A stretch of DNA of 64,000 nt from Eledone cirrhosa (GCA_964016885.1 OZ024742.1:82584001-82648000); one strand, 5' to 3'; shown: positions 14,608-31,748, counted from the stretch's first letter. Translations and numbers: made by a program. Notes: generated from the sequence alone by a model not told the origin.

Positions 14608-14684
14608 TGATAGTAAAAAAGAAAAATCGTTAGAAAATGCTATTGGGATTTAGAAAAAGGAACTTATCGTACCGGTTTCAACCA

Positions 14685-14741
14685 AGAAGAAGAAGAAGAA
14701 GAAGAAGAAGAAGAAGAAGAAGAAGAAGAAGAATAAGAAGA
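14685..14741. repeat. (GAA)n microsatellite
   Basis: Direct reading. Confidence 0.95.
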
Positions 14742-15926
14742 GGCAGGGAAATGGGAGAGGTGTGGTTGTAATAAAAGGTTTTCTGTGCACATCCCCTATC
14801 TATTATAACATTCTGCTATACGTTTTTCTAAAGACGTCAATATTATTGCATAATAACACTTTGCCGTTATTTCATACAGACAGGTGTTCAATAGTAAAGA
14901 TCTTGTTGTTGATATTCTACTGTAGTGAAGAACGTGTTGGTAGTACTTCACTACTGTAAGCATATAGTGTACATAAGTAGTTCTGTAGACAGGCAGAGAA
15001 TTTGATGTACTAACCTTGATAAAATTCGTGTAATGGTCTCAAGGTTAAGGTATTAAATTATCAAGTGGGTCTGTCACTCGGGTTTACATCAGCTAAATAA
15101 TTAGAACGAATAATTTAGTTATGTTACCTGCTGGGGCGGTATTCATATTCTATGGAGGTTTTTAAGTTTACCATTGGTGCATGCTGAGGTAAATGTGCGT
15201 GTATTGTCCATAGGTTGGGTATGTAGTGATTTTGGTGACCCTGTGTTCTATGATTAATAAAACAGGTGTGAAATCGCACATTCACTTAGTCGTGTACGAG
15301 CTTACCTCTAGCTTACCATTCCACAACCCCTTTTGAACTCTTGACCAGTCAATTAACACAATCAGATATACACACCCATATTTACAGGATGGTTCCAAAA
15401 AGAACATTGTTCTGTGATGAAAGGCAGCTGCTGCTATCTTCACTACCACCTCTCTATTAACAAAAACTCATTGTCCAGCCAAATTTTGAGCAAGAAGGTT
15501 GGAAGAAAACATACTCCAATATTTACTTTCAATTTTAAATCTTTAATTTTCAGTTTTAAATTCCTATTAATTCTTTTTAATTTTTTATTTCAATACTCAA
15601 TATTTGATAAGATGAATTTAATAATACATCGAAACCGCTAATACATTTATACTTTATATACATTATAAAACTTTTTTAAAAAGAATTGTCCCTCTCATTT
15701 TCCCAATAATGTTATCTTTTCAATAATCTCACTTTGACGAAACAAAGAAAGGATAAAAAAAGACAAACAGACCCTTAAATATATTTTCCGTACTATTTCC
15801 AATTTCAACTTCTCTTTCTCTATATATATATTTCAATGATATTATTAAATGGAAACTATATTTATAAAGCCATATTTATTCTATTATATATATTTCAAGG
15901 GAACCAACATTTAAATATGCCTTTGC

Positions 15927-16009
<83 letters not shown>

Positions 16010-16054
16010 AGCAAAGGGGTATTTAAGTTTTTGCTCCCTTGAAATATATTTTTT

Positions 16055-16120
16055 TTCCTATTACCCACGCTATTGCTCTATGTATTGAGTGCGTTATGGT
16101 ACCTTACCACACCTCCTTCG

Positions 16121-16210
<90 letters not shown>

Positions 16211-16402
16211 CGAAGGAGGTGTGGTAAGGAACCAGATGGACCATGACACACCAGAGTACTCAATTCTTAGAATATTAGAGTGGGTAATAGGAAAAAGTGT
16301 AACCCCGACGGCAGAGCTCAAGCCTTTTCGACGGGTATTTCTGGACCCAGTAATAGCCGTCGAAACGGATTAAGCTCTGCCGTCGGGGTTAAACTTTTTC
16401 CT
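16055..16402. repeat. Family A pLTR fragments in inverted arrangement around (TA)n and around an HHR stem II-like hairpin
   Basis: ccttaccacacctccttcgtta/(TA)n/taacgaaggaggtgtggtaagg; cgacggcagagct..tttcgacgg...ccgtcgaaacgg..agctctgccgtcg. Confidence 0.75.
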
Positions 16403-16436
16403 ATATATATATATATACTACACATATATATATATG

Positions 16437-19178
<2,742 letters not shown>

Positions 19179-19205
19179 CCAGTGAGACCTTGGTTACCAT
19201 GTTGA

Positions 19206-19287
19206 GCTCTGCTGATGAACGAAATCCAACCGTGACCATCCCCACTGAAAGTTTTCGTGAAATAGTCTTTTCAAGACTATACAGAGC
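19206..19287 (+). ncRNA. Canonical type I hammerhead ribozyme
   Basis: gctctg-ctgatga-acgaaa...tttcgt-gaaa-tagtctt-ttc-aagacta-ta-cagagc; all three stems fully paired; AUA triplet. Confidence 0.85.
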
Positions 19288-19683
19288 ATTTGAAGTTGTT
19301 CCAAATTGAAGGTTGAGTACTTTAGATTTTGTTTTATCATGAGTTAAGGTTCTATTGATTTTTCCCTTGATTTCTCTAAATTCTGTTGGATAAATCTATA
19401 TCTTGATTCCCTTTGAATTGAGTCTGAATTATTTTCCCATATCTTATGTTAACTATTTTCCCATTTTGACGCTATAGTCACATATATATATGTTATGGAA
19501 TACTGTTAGCTTCTCGCAACTACAATTTCTATACTTTTCATTTATATATATATATATATATATATGTATACGTATGTATGTATATATATATATATATATG
19601 TTTGTGTACATATATATATATGTATGTGTATATATAGTATATATATATATGTATACATATATATGTATACATATATATGTATA

Positions 19684-19753
<70 letters not shown>

Positions 19754-20367
19754 TATATATATTCATATATGTGTGTGTGTGTTATGTGTGTGTGTGTGTG
19801 GATGAGTGTGTATGTGTGGGTGTATTGTGTTTTCAAAATATCATTGAATCATATTTCAAGAGACATACATGGAAATCCACGTTATCACCTATTGGCGTTC
19901 GTATTGACGTTGTTTCTTTCCATGATTAAGTTATGTACTTCATGTTTTACTTTTATGTTTCTATTTATTTCTAATATAAAGCTTGTAGTGTAATATTTGA
20001 TGACATAACTTAGGAATGGTAATTCCTAAAGTGAAAAGCAGATATGATTTGTTCTATCTAAATATCCATGAACTTCAGTTCGATTACAAAGAAACGTAAT
20101 ATTAATATCTCGCACGAGAATACTACACTCGTTTATATTTGATTTATCATCGTTATGTTGAATATAACAAATATGTCGTCTTTCACATTTTGACAAGAGA
20201 CAGGAATACAAGATAGGAATGTAATGTCTACTGGGAAAAAATGTCAGAAAAAGGAGTTACTTCAATAGAAATGTTTTTTTTTTAAATTTACATAATATTA
20301 GTAACACAATTTAAAGTTTTGCATTCGTTTGCCTGTCTCCATCTGTCTACCGAATATACCGAATATA

Positions 20368-22012
20368 CCGTGGTATTTTCTTCGTGGTTATAAGAGGCTT
20401 AGCTCTGTTTCTCGACCGTTATATCGCGTGACTGTCTCCCCCTCCGCCTTTTGGGATTCTTTGTCACGTCGTGTAGACGCGTTCTTGAGACTAGTAAAAT
20501 GAGGTATCCTCTTGATAAGTCGGCAGACCTCGCAAGGACTCTATATCTTTGATATATTGTTTTTGTTTATGCCACGAAACTACGTAGTCGAGGAATTTAG
20601 GAACAGTTTAGGTATGATACATTTTATTACTAATTATATCTAAATGTTTCTTCTCTCTTCATAATGTATTTTTAACTCTGATACTGGTTCAGTCTGGTTC
20701 AAACTGAATTAGTCTGTCCCAGTCATTCATTGAGCAACATCGGTGAAGTTGGCACCCTTAACTCACAGTTGGGTGCGGATGCATTCATGTATATATGTGT
20801 GTGTCCGCATGTATCTGTGTGTTTCTAAATATATTAATAACTCCCTCTGGTCGAGCAATCTTTGAAGTGTGGGGACAACTGGAAAGCTTCCATTACTCAT
20901 ACTTCTCGCCTTCTTCACTACCTCTTCTACGGCCTCGATATGAATACCCCCTCCGCCCCCGTGGTATTTTCTTCGTGGTTATAAGAGGCTTAGCTCTGTT
21001 TCTCGACCGTTATATCGCGTGACTGTCTCCCCCTCCGCCTTTTGGGATTCTTTCTCACGTCGTGTAGACGCGTTCTTGAGACTAGTAAAATGAGGTATCC
21101 TCTTGATAAGTCGGCAGACCTCGCAAGGACTCTATATCTTTGATATATTGTTTTTGTTTATGCCACGAAACTACGTAGTCGAGGAATTTAGGAACAGTTT
21201 AGGTATGATACATTTTATTACTAATTATATCTAAATGTTTCTTCTCTCTTCATAATGTATTTTTAACTCTGATACTGGTTCAGTCTGGTTCAAACTGAAT
21301 TAGTCTGTCCCAGTCATTCATTGAGCAACATCGGTGAAGTTGGCACCCTTAACTCACAGTTGGGTGCGGATGCATTCATGTATATATGTGTGTGTCCGCA
21401 TGTATCTGTGTGTTTCTAAATATATTAATAACTCCCTCTGGTCGAGCAATCTTTGAAGTGTGGGGACAACTGGAAAGCTTCCATTACTCATACTTCTCGC
21501 CTTCTTCACTACCTCTTCTACGGCCTCGATATGAATACCCCCTCCGCCTCCGTGGTATTTTCTTCGTGGTTATAAGAGGCTTAGCTCTGTTTCTCGACCG
21601 TTATATCGCGTGACTGTCTCCCCCTCCGCCTTTTGGGATTCTTTCTCACGTCGTGTAGACGCGTTCTTGAGACTAGTAAAATGAGGTATCCTCTTGATAA
21701 GTCGGCAGACCTCGCAAGGACTCTATATCTTTGATATATTGTTTTTGTTTATGCCACGAAACTACGTAGTCGAGGAATTTAGGAACAGTTTAGGTATGAT
21801 ACATTTTATTACTAATTATATCTAAATGTTTCTTCTCTCTTCATAATGTATTTTTAACTCTGATACTGGTTCAGTCTGGTTCAAACTGAATTAGTCTGTC
21901 CCAGTCATTCATTGAGCAACATCGGTGAAGTTGGCACCCTTAACTCACAGTTGGGTGCGGATGCATTCATGTATATATGTGTGTGTCCGCATGTATCTGT
22001 GTGTTTCTAAAT
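20368..22012 (+). repeat. Tandem repeat, 591-bp unit, ~2.8 copies, one HHR per unit (retrozyme-like)
   Basis: Units start at ~20368, 20959 and 21550; near-identical; ends in (TA)n. Confidence 0.95.
20507..20594 (+). ncRNA. Type I HHR, U3:A8 variant (also 21098-21185 and 21689-21776)
   Basis: tcctc-ttgataa-gtcggca...tgccac-gaaa-ctacgtag-tc-gagga; palindromic stem III, GUC triplet. Confidence 0.75.
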
Positions 22013-22035
22013 ATATATATATATATATGTATATA

Positions 22036-22093
<58 letters not shown>

Positions 22094-22509
22094 CAAGCCG
22101 GTATGAATTTTTTTTCTCTCTCTCTCTCGTCTGCGACTTCACAGAACTTATGTTTACCGAATTTGCAGACCAGACCCCTTCTTCCTCCCGTTAGACCTGT
22201 GCGAAATTCCTCCCTTGCTCACATTTCAACCAGGTTTGATGGTCTTTATTTTCTCGTTCACGATTCCACCGAATTTATATTCATAGAAATCTGGGACTTG
22301 TTTCTTCTTCATCACTTTCTACTGCTTAAACCATTTTGTCTGTTTACCCTAGCGTCCCCTTTATTTACGTGTCCCAACGACTTCTTTTAGCCGTTGCTCG
22401 CACCAACCTGAGGTATATGGCCTTTAATGCGACGAAATGCCTACGACGGTTGGAAAGCCACTGATGAGGACACACTTTTTCATATATATATATATATATA
22501 TATATCTAC

Positions 22510-22541
<32 letters not shown>

Positions 22542-22749
22542 GTATTGTTTAACAATACATATATATATATATATACATATATATATATGTATTGTTTAAC
22601 AATACACGGATGAAACACAGAGATGCAAATACACAAAATGGTAATCGGTTGTAGAAGCATGTGGAGTAATGATAAACAGCCCCTTTGATCTGCAATGACC
22701 ATGGGGTTCGCACCTAGAAATTTCCTCTCCGAGACACAGCTTCCTTCCA

Positions 22750-23210
22750 CTTCTTTTCTGTCGTCATATCCTCTGTGAATCTCAGCACTTTAAGATCAGC
22801 TCGCACTACATCGCTCAAGTCTCCCATGGTCTACCACTACTGAGGCTTACTTCCACTTGTTTTTCCTAACAAATTTTCACTCTGCACAACACCCATTTTT
22901 CCTAACACGTTCTTCTCTCAGGCACACCGCTTTGGATTCCTCTTTGACCCAACTTCCCCCTCAACTAATTTAAGCTTTGTATTTCTCCTTTGCATTGCAC
23001 ATACAACGAAGAATAGTTGCTTCATATCTCTCCTGTATACACAGCCCATGTTTCACTTCAATACGTCATTGCTTTTCGCATGCAGGCGTCATACAGTCGT
23101 CCGTTTGTACGTAGTGAGAAACTGTTTTTTGTCAACTGTGGATGAAGCACTCTAAACTTTTTCCATGCTTTCCTTATTCTAGCTATTATGCTCTCAAAGC
23201 ACACTCCTTC
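22750..23210 (-). mobile_element. RTE-like LINE fragment (C-terminal to RT)
   Basis: Minus frame ESIIARIRKAWKKFRVL..LTKNSFSLRTNGRLYDACMRKAMTY*SETWAV. Confidence 0.7.
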
Positions 23211-23279
23211 AATTCAAATTATAATAGTGAATTCGAAATAGAACTGACATAAAATCAAATTATAATAAACCTTCTATAT

Positions 23280-26200
23280 AAACACCATCAAGCTTATGAG
23301 GAGGTAAACTTGTTGGTTCCTTTGAATTTAAAAATTCAACAATGTAATTTAACAACAATTTCAATAGATTTGTAGGATTGGAAATTTCAAGGAGGACAAA
23401 TTAAGAAATCAAACTTTATAGCATCAACTGTTACAGTTTTGGGGGCTAGAATCACCGTTTCACTCATTAATTTGTTATCCTGAAATTGTGCGCGGAAATG
23501 TTTGTCGATAATTTTGTTCTCTGGTTTTAACATGTGCAAAAAGATGATGGGTATATTGCCACTTCATTTTCAACAAGTATCGTTCCTTCTCCCAGAATTA
23601 ATAAGTCTTCAGCAAACTGTTAAGGTATTGCATGACCATGGAGATATGCTTCAGTACATTGATGCGATGTCATAGTTCCGATGATTTAAAGCTTACGTTG
23701 CCTTTGAAAAAATTGGAAGGTTATGTATAAATTCCCCAGATTGAATTAATGTCACACCTCCCATTGGAGAATCATTATTTCGATTGTCTTAAAATTATTA
23801 GTCAGCAGCTTCAAATACTTTCATATGTGTCATTATACATTCCTCGAATAGTATCAAATGACATCTTCTGAGAATTTCAGCTATAGCTGAATTCTTGTTG
23901 ATATGTCACACAGGATTTTCATTAGACAACATATCGAATGGAAGTTTGGAAATTGAACGGACTGGACGGCTGGAAGGATGCAGCAATGCCTGATGATGCA
24001 ACTGCAAAGGCAATACTTCTTCGCTGTGTAACATTCGCCAAAATTAGTTTTGTATGTCTTTCCAGTTCTTCCTGGTGCACCAAGAAGGAATATTCCACAC
24101 TTCTCGTGCGTATTGGGGTCAATAACTGCTTCATTCACTTCCCGTTAATCAGGATGTAGATTTTCCTCACTTTCATTCAAATATTTTGGCAAATCATCAA
24201 GGTTGTAATTTGGTTTCGTGAGCATTTGAGGTGGTAGTCTGTTTTCATCGCTACTATTAATTTTAGGAATCCAGTAATTCTTGAGCACATCACCAATAGC
24301 CAGGTGGCTGGCTTCTATGTTAATCATTATTTTAGGGTCTGTTGTACTTAATGCAATAATCTTTAGACAATGCACCCTCATATTTTTCCATATGCTTTTT
24401 GGATCACCAATTATAGTTCTTAATAGAATAGTGAACAGGAAGAGAAGAATACTTGCAATATGTGATATGGAAGCCTTAGAACGTGAGTTTCCCTTTAAGT
24501 GTCATCTTCCAATAATCTATGTTGAATGCAGACTTCGCTATGTGCGTGACAGGTACTATTATTAATAGTTCATCGAGCTTTGAAGGATGTTGAAACCTTG
24601 ACTGTATGAAGCATCCTTAAATAGAAACATTCATGTTGATTAGGATGTTTTATATAAGCTGTTCAAGGAATCTGATTCGGGAGAATTTGCAACGGGAACA
24701 ACCATTTTCGCTTCTTCCATTACTTATTGCCCCGTGTATAGTAAGGTGGTAAGCTGGTAATAATAATTTGTCCTGCCAAATGAGTTATCCCGGTAAATTT
24801 TGAAATACATTGCTAGTGCAGATTCTTTAGGAAACATTGCTTACCGAACAGAGTTCTAGCTGCAAAATAGACATGTTATCAATTGTTCAGATGGACAGGC
24901 AACTGTTGAATCGGTAGATAACGTTTAATGTATTGAAAATCCATACATTTTCAAAACGTTTCATTACTACTGATGTATCTACCTTCTTGATACATACTGA
25001 CTTCATATTGTACATTTTGTCTTTGTATTGTAATTATTGCAGAATCTAATCCTTTATTTTACATATTTGCAGATAACTATGATGGATTTCAGTGACTTTT
25101 AAAATTCAACATTGATTTGAACATGAGCAATATGGACAAGTCCACTGACTTTCAAGTTGAAATTGTCTAACTTTGCTTGGAAACCTCCATTTCCTGGTTT
25201 TCCTCTTCTGTAAATTGAATAAACCAAGTTGATTGTCTTTCAAAAACCTTCTTTGATAGTCATATGTGCATCTACTGTCTGGCATACGGTGTGAACACTT
25301 GCTGAGTGTTCCACATGGGCCATCTCCTATGTTAATCTTTAGTATTCCGTAGAATACTCTGCATTCGATGGATCAAGCAGCTCGGCAGATATTATTTTGT
25401 CAGTTTGACAGGAGTGAGGTTTTTCATGAAACCAAATAAGAATATACGCATGTGGTAATCCAATCGAAAGTGTACATATGTGATCGGATCGGTTCAATGA
25501 TATTTCGTTTTGTAATGACATCCATCATTTTGAATCTGAGGGTCCTATCAATGAGGTCGTGTCCATTTACATATATTTGACATTATCAATTCATTTTGAA
25601 TATAATTCCACATTGGATTACATGGACAATTTATGAATAGGTATGGTATATCAAAGTTCATAACATATCATTTTACCGTGTGTTCTTTTATGCATATATC
25701 TGTGCCTACCAGTAAAACTAGATGGAAGTATGTATAACTACCTAATCTCCTAAGTAGCAGCTTTGTTATTGATACCGCCACGTATATGAATACATCGGAT
25801 CGTAATTATTTCTAGGGTGATCTTATGAATAATGACTCTGCTTCAACTTTTGCATACATGTCCGCAGCAAATTGATGGAAGAAATTTTGCATTTGGTGGA
25901 GTGAATTGACATTGTCTTGATGAACCATAAAATGGTAGCAGTAAAAAACTATACACGATTCGTTGTTCCTGGTATTAATATTTTCCTCTTTTTGGAGGAA
26001 TTTAAAATGGTATCCATATTCTCCATTCTGATAAATTAAAGAAAATTCGAGTGCATCATAACAGCGATGTGCTTCAACTAGTGTCTTCAAATGATTATTA
26101 TTTCTATGAAAAGGCGGTGGATTGGCAGTATCGGTAGAGGGTCGGAGGACATGCTTTGAAGCATAGAATTACCTCCCTGTATGATCTAAGTTCAAATCCC

Positions 26201-26660
26201 GCCACGGTTAACTTTGCCTTTCATCTTTATGGAGTCGTTAAAATAAAGTACCAGTAATGCACTGGGTTATTGATGGCCTTGTGCCAAAAGTATAAACAAT
26301 TATTATTTCCATGAATTATTATATCACCTTTACCATGCTCACCTCCAGCTATTACACTAACGACTTCATTACAATCAGGTGCATTATAGCATTGTGAATG
26401 TATTCCTGATGGTTTCATGTCAGAATATATCCGTACTTTAAGTGCTTCTACTGGTGCATTTTCGAGGGCATATTTGAAACATCTAATATAGTTGTTTCTA
26501 GTATATAACATATCGTGTAGTGGCAATATAATTTCACACTCTGTTTCTTCATGCATTTCATATCCTCTCTGTCCTTGGATGAAAATTACGATTGGACATT
26601 TTAGATGGCTATATGGATCATAAACTCTGTTAGAGAAAGAGAATGGAAGCATGTGTGAAC
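23280..26660 (-). mobile_element. Decayed Helitron RepHel (HUH Rep + PIF1-like helicase)
   Basis: YNAPDCNEV, HRCYDALEFSL..GEYGYH, FHQFAADMYAKVE, GLPHAYILIW..DKIISAELLDP, FLLGAPGRTGKTY, AVASSGIAA, LAPKTVTVD; many stops and frameshifts. Confidence 0.9.
26113..26306 (+). mobile_element. SINE inserted into the Helitron
   Basis: Full SINE unit interrupts the RepHel coding frame. Confidence 0.9.
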
Positions 26661-26722
26661 AATTGTTCAGCTTTATTGTTTCAGCCTTATTGTTAATAAT
26701 TGTAGGTGGAGGTCATATACTA

Positions 26723-26913
26723 TAATTGTTTCTACTTTTGGCACAAGGCTGGCAATTATCCCAGTGCATTGCTGGTACTTTGTTTTATCGACGCCGTAAG
26801 GATGAAAGGCAAAGTTAACCTCGGCGGGAGTTGAACTCAACCCGTGAAGGGGCGTAACTCTATGGTGGAAAGCCCGGTGTCTGACCCTCTACCGATACTG
26901 CCAATCCACCGCC
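26723..26913 (-). mobile_element. SINE
   Basis: Reverse-complement SINE unit. Confidence 0.9.
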
Positions 26914-27290
26914 CTTTTTATAATATGCCTTCATCAGACACAAATTACATTTCTTTCGTTTAGTGACATCATAAATGACAATAATTTTTCCTTTATAATA
27001 ATATATATGCATATGCATATATATATATACATGTTACATTGTAATTGTAGTTTAGATGAAACACTGTGTAAGGAGTAAATCTTGTTTTTAAATATATTGC
27101 CTTCTCCTCCATATATTTTTGCTTATACCTGCTCCGCTTAGCTCATGCGCTTAATTCTCACTAAATATTAACCTCACTATACTATTTAACATTGCATCTC
27201 TAAGAATTGAGCACACTTTCCGGCGGCTATAGGCATCTAATATATTGTATCATAGTTCTTTCTCTTCTACTCTTATGATATATGTCTTCG

Positions 27291-27397
<107 letters not shown>

Positions 27398-27676
27398 TGT
27401 GTGTGTGTGTGTGTATGTCTGAGTGTGTTTCTGTGTGTTTGTGTGCAGATGTGTGGGGGTCTGTGCGGTGAATGCAGGATAAGGGACAAAAGAAAAAAAA
27501 CGAAAAATGTTATACATATATAGATATATATATGTATCGTAAACTTTGATTTCCAGAAGTATGATAATTAATAGATACATTTACGCACACATACACACCG
27601 ACGCACAAACACATATTTGCATATGTGCATTTGTGTGGCAATATATGTTTATATACATACATACATATATATATAT

Positions 27677-27719
<43 letters not shown>

Positions 27720-27724
<5 letters not shown>

Positions 27725-27960
27725 AAAATATATAACTCCGACGGCAGAGCTCAAGCCGTTTCGGGTAGTAGAGTGGGTAATAGGAAAATGTATATCCACG
27801 ACGGCAGAGCTCAACCCGTTTCTAGGTCTAGAAATAACCGTCGAAACGGGTTGAGCTCTGCCGTCGGGGATATACATTTTTCTATTACCCACTGTACTGC
27901 CCTATGTATTGAGTACTCTGGTGCGTTATGGTCCATCTGATTCCTTAACACACTTCGTTA
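27720..27960. repeat. Family A pLTR fragments, tandem plus inverted
   Basis: Two minus partial copies and one plus copy of gtcgaaacgg..gagctctgccgtcgggg; TA-flanked. Confidence 0.75.
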
Positions 27961-28008
27961 TATATATATATATGCGTATAGATACATATATACAAGTGAG
28001 ACTTGGTG

Positions 28009-28102
<94 letters not shown>

Positions 28103-29727
28103 CTCTCTCTCTCTCTTTACCACTCTCTGTGCGTCCATAAAAGTATTTTTGTAAAGAATTTCGAATCATCGATATATGGAATATGTACTTTTGCTGTACA
28201 ATAATTCACAATACATGTTGAAATATTTTTTCTACTCAAATTTCAGTTTATTTAATTTTAGTATGTTTCCATTAACATTCTAGTCACATATATTTGAAAT
28301 ATTCAATTCTGTTCGATGCTCCCATCCAGAAAAGCATACAAATCATATAAACATTTTAAAATCACTTCTAAGTGTATTATCATACAATTTATTCACACCG
28401 TCTCTCCTACGTTTTCTATACCTGGTCTTACTGAAATCACATACAACACGCCATCATCATTCCTTTTGTCACTTTTCTTTCCTCTTGCGGTTAAATTATA
28501 TATATAAACATAAATACATATATCTATGTTTGTATGTATTATATATAACGTGTCTCTAGCCGTCGTCATACGAGATTGAACTGTCTCTATGGGTTCAGTT
28601 TCCTGTCTTCCTTCATGTGTTTCACTAATTCGTATGTTTTCAGCAACGCTGGGCTATCTTTTCAAATACATGTATGTATGTATGCATGTATCTCTCGATC
28701 TATATATCAAATGTGATCAAGAGATATATTGGATTTTATTCAAGTTTCTTGCTCTTTGTCTACCTCTAGAACCAATTCTGATTTGCTTTGTCTGTTAAAT
28801 ACCCGGAGCGATATTTTCCTTAGACATTCTAACAGTAAATCTATTGTATCGGGCTGCTATATCTCGTTTCGGGTAACAGATTTCGTATATACTAGAACAA
28901 ACTCACCGACAACTGCCGTAACTACGTACACAAAGCCTCGGCTACGTACGTAACGATAAACCAGATTTGTTTCCAGAAAGTTAAAACGGATGTACTATAT
29001 AGTTCGACAAATAATCATTGCTACCGTCACCCGATTTACTTCCTACACACTACCCTAATTTGTGACCAACTATATTCAGCTTCACCACTAAAAACCATCT
29101 CCACAAGAAAACTTACATCTGTATCAGTAATAGCATATATGCGACTGAACGTGTACGTGTGTGCGTGTGTATCTAAGCGTACTTTTTGCAAGTGTATGTT
29201 TGAATACGTGGGTACGTATATATATATATATATATTTATATTTATGCTTGTCTATATATGTATGCGTGTATGTGTATATATATATATATTTGTGTGTATA
29301 TGTGCATATATATATATATGTGTGTGTGTGTGTGTATGTGTGTGTGTGTGTAAGTATGTGTCTGCATGCCATATACAATAGACGTATACGTGTGGTGTTC
29401 AGTATTCGTAATGCTTCGTCCTGGTTTTAATCATGTCGTTATATTAATTTGTATGTGGTGTAAAATAAATATCCGTTAAATATAAATAGATAAAACACAT
29501 GTGGTATAGTACATCACCGTCTATATAATTATGAATTTTTATAAATATGTATATATATATATAAATATATACCTTTTACAGTTATGCACATATATATACT
29601 ATATATCCACCAATCTCTCTCTGTCTCCCTTCCTCTCTATATATTCTATATATAATCACATAGATGACTACAAATATGCAAACATACAAACATACATATA
29701 TATATATGCACACATAGGTACATACGA

Positions 29728-29790
29728 ACATACATACATACATACATACATACATACATACGTACATACATACATACATACATACATACA

Positions 29791-29824
<34 letters not shown>

Positions 29825-29830
29825 CATACA
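29728..29830. repeat. (CATA)n microsatellite
   Basis: Direct reading. Confidence 0.95.
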
Positions 29831-30521
29831 TATATTACATGCATACATACGTCCTTATATGAACATGCTTCTAATTCTATTTTTTTATTTCCCGTATTAA
29901 TGGGCGCAACCAGTTCTATTGTTGAGAATCACAGTCGAAAATATTTCTATTGTAAAATATGGAGATTTGAAAAATAAAATAATCGGCATTCCAATAGCAA
30001 TTAACACGAGCAATCATTCCCATATAAATGAAACAGAACACGTAGATTCAACTCCAGTAGGGAAAATAATTAAAGACTATATTCTAAGCCATTAAATATG
30101 ATGTTTCACTTACAATTCTTTTGAATTCCATAAGTTAGAGAAAGTGATGTGTTTCATGCTGAAAAGTGAGACATGTTAAAGGGGCGTACATAAAATGATA
30201 ATCTTTGTTGTGTTTGGATCCGTTGTATTTTGTGTAACATTTTACTAGCTCTTATCGTATCTATTTCTCAATAGTTATATACGTACATGTAAAATATAGT
30301 TTGCCAAAACAGCCTTAAGGAGGAATGCAATGTAGAAAAAGTAATATCAGAAAGTTTCGCTCGCCTCGTCTCCCTAACTGTAGACACAATATTAATTATC
30401 CCAATTATCCAAAGTATCTTTGCCTTTTTCATTGAGAAACACATACAAGATACACTGATACAAACTCACAAACGCACACACACATGCACACAAACAAACA
30501 CACACACACACACACGCACAC

Positions 30522-30598
<77 letters not shown>

Positions 30599-30873
30599 CA
30601 TAGAGAGAAAGAGAGAGATAGAGAGATGGTAAAGTTTTCCACTTAGCAAAATCCCTCCCCGGGGTACAAGCTCCTGTTGTACAACGTTTTCTACGTAATA
30701 AAACGCGGATTATCAGATTGACAAATAATCACACACGCCTACAGATCTTCTGCGCATTACAGCCACCTTAACTCTGGAATACAACCCACACGAGACGGAG
30801 GTCGTAAGTGCATTGACAGCCACTTGTAACTGTAGTGACCCCCACGGAGCATACACACAAACACGCACACACA

Positions 30874-30961
<88 letters not shown>

Positions 30962-31663
30962 GATATATATATATAGCTATATATACATACATATAAAATA
31001 CCCTCACATTCCCACACAGAAACTGAATGAGGGTAACGGAATACAACAAACCCGAAATAAACACGACTCACCAAAATAACACTTTTAACAGAGTATATAT
31101 ACACATGTGTATCTATACAACGCATTTGTCAGAATAAGGGTGTCTATATATGTATCTCCTTATGGAAATGAAACCACGAATACAATCATCACACCACCAT
31201 AAACACCGCAACCTTTCATCTTTATCACAAACGATAACACAACACCCACACCACACACAAAAACCAGCCAAGTCTACATACCAAACTCTCTACCGACAAC
31301 CAGCACCCTCACGTCACCGCCCACTTCAACCTGCGACCGGCGCTACCAATTTATCACCACACCCACACTCTACATACACTACAGGCAAAAACATCCCTAT
31401 GAATTAATCCACCAAGGCTTTGGGCTGCCCTTTCTAGCAGTTCGTCCCTCAGAGGCCACTGGTTCACGGCATTCCAATAGCAATTAACACGAGCAATCAT
31501 TCCCATATAAATGAAATAGAACACGTAGATTCAACTCCAGTAGGGAAAAAATTAAAGACTATATTCTAAGCCATTAAATATGATGTTTCACTTTACTGAA
31601 CATCATAGGAACTTCTGACTTTATCATACAGCATGTAAACATTTTTCCATTAACATTATAAGG

Positions 31664-31748
31664 GGTCTGACGAGCCGAGGCTAACAGAGTTGATTCAGAT
31701 CGATACAGATCGAACCTTGACCTGATCAATGGCGAAACGCGCGTCACC
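31664..31748 (+). ncRNA. Type I HHR, palindromic stem III
   Basis: ggt-ctgacga-gcc...ggc-gaaa-cgcgcg-tc-acc. Confidence 0.7.

Noticed and set aside
20795-21613. Duplicated 75-aa ORFs in the 591-bp repeat
   Set aside because: No recognisable motifs; a by-product of the tandem repeat
22369-22475. ctgatgaggacac with upstream gtgtcc as a permuted HHR
   Set aside because: No GAAA after the stem II partner; stem III not convincing
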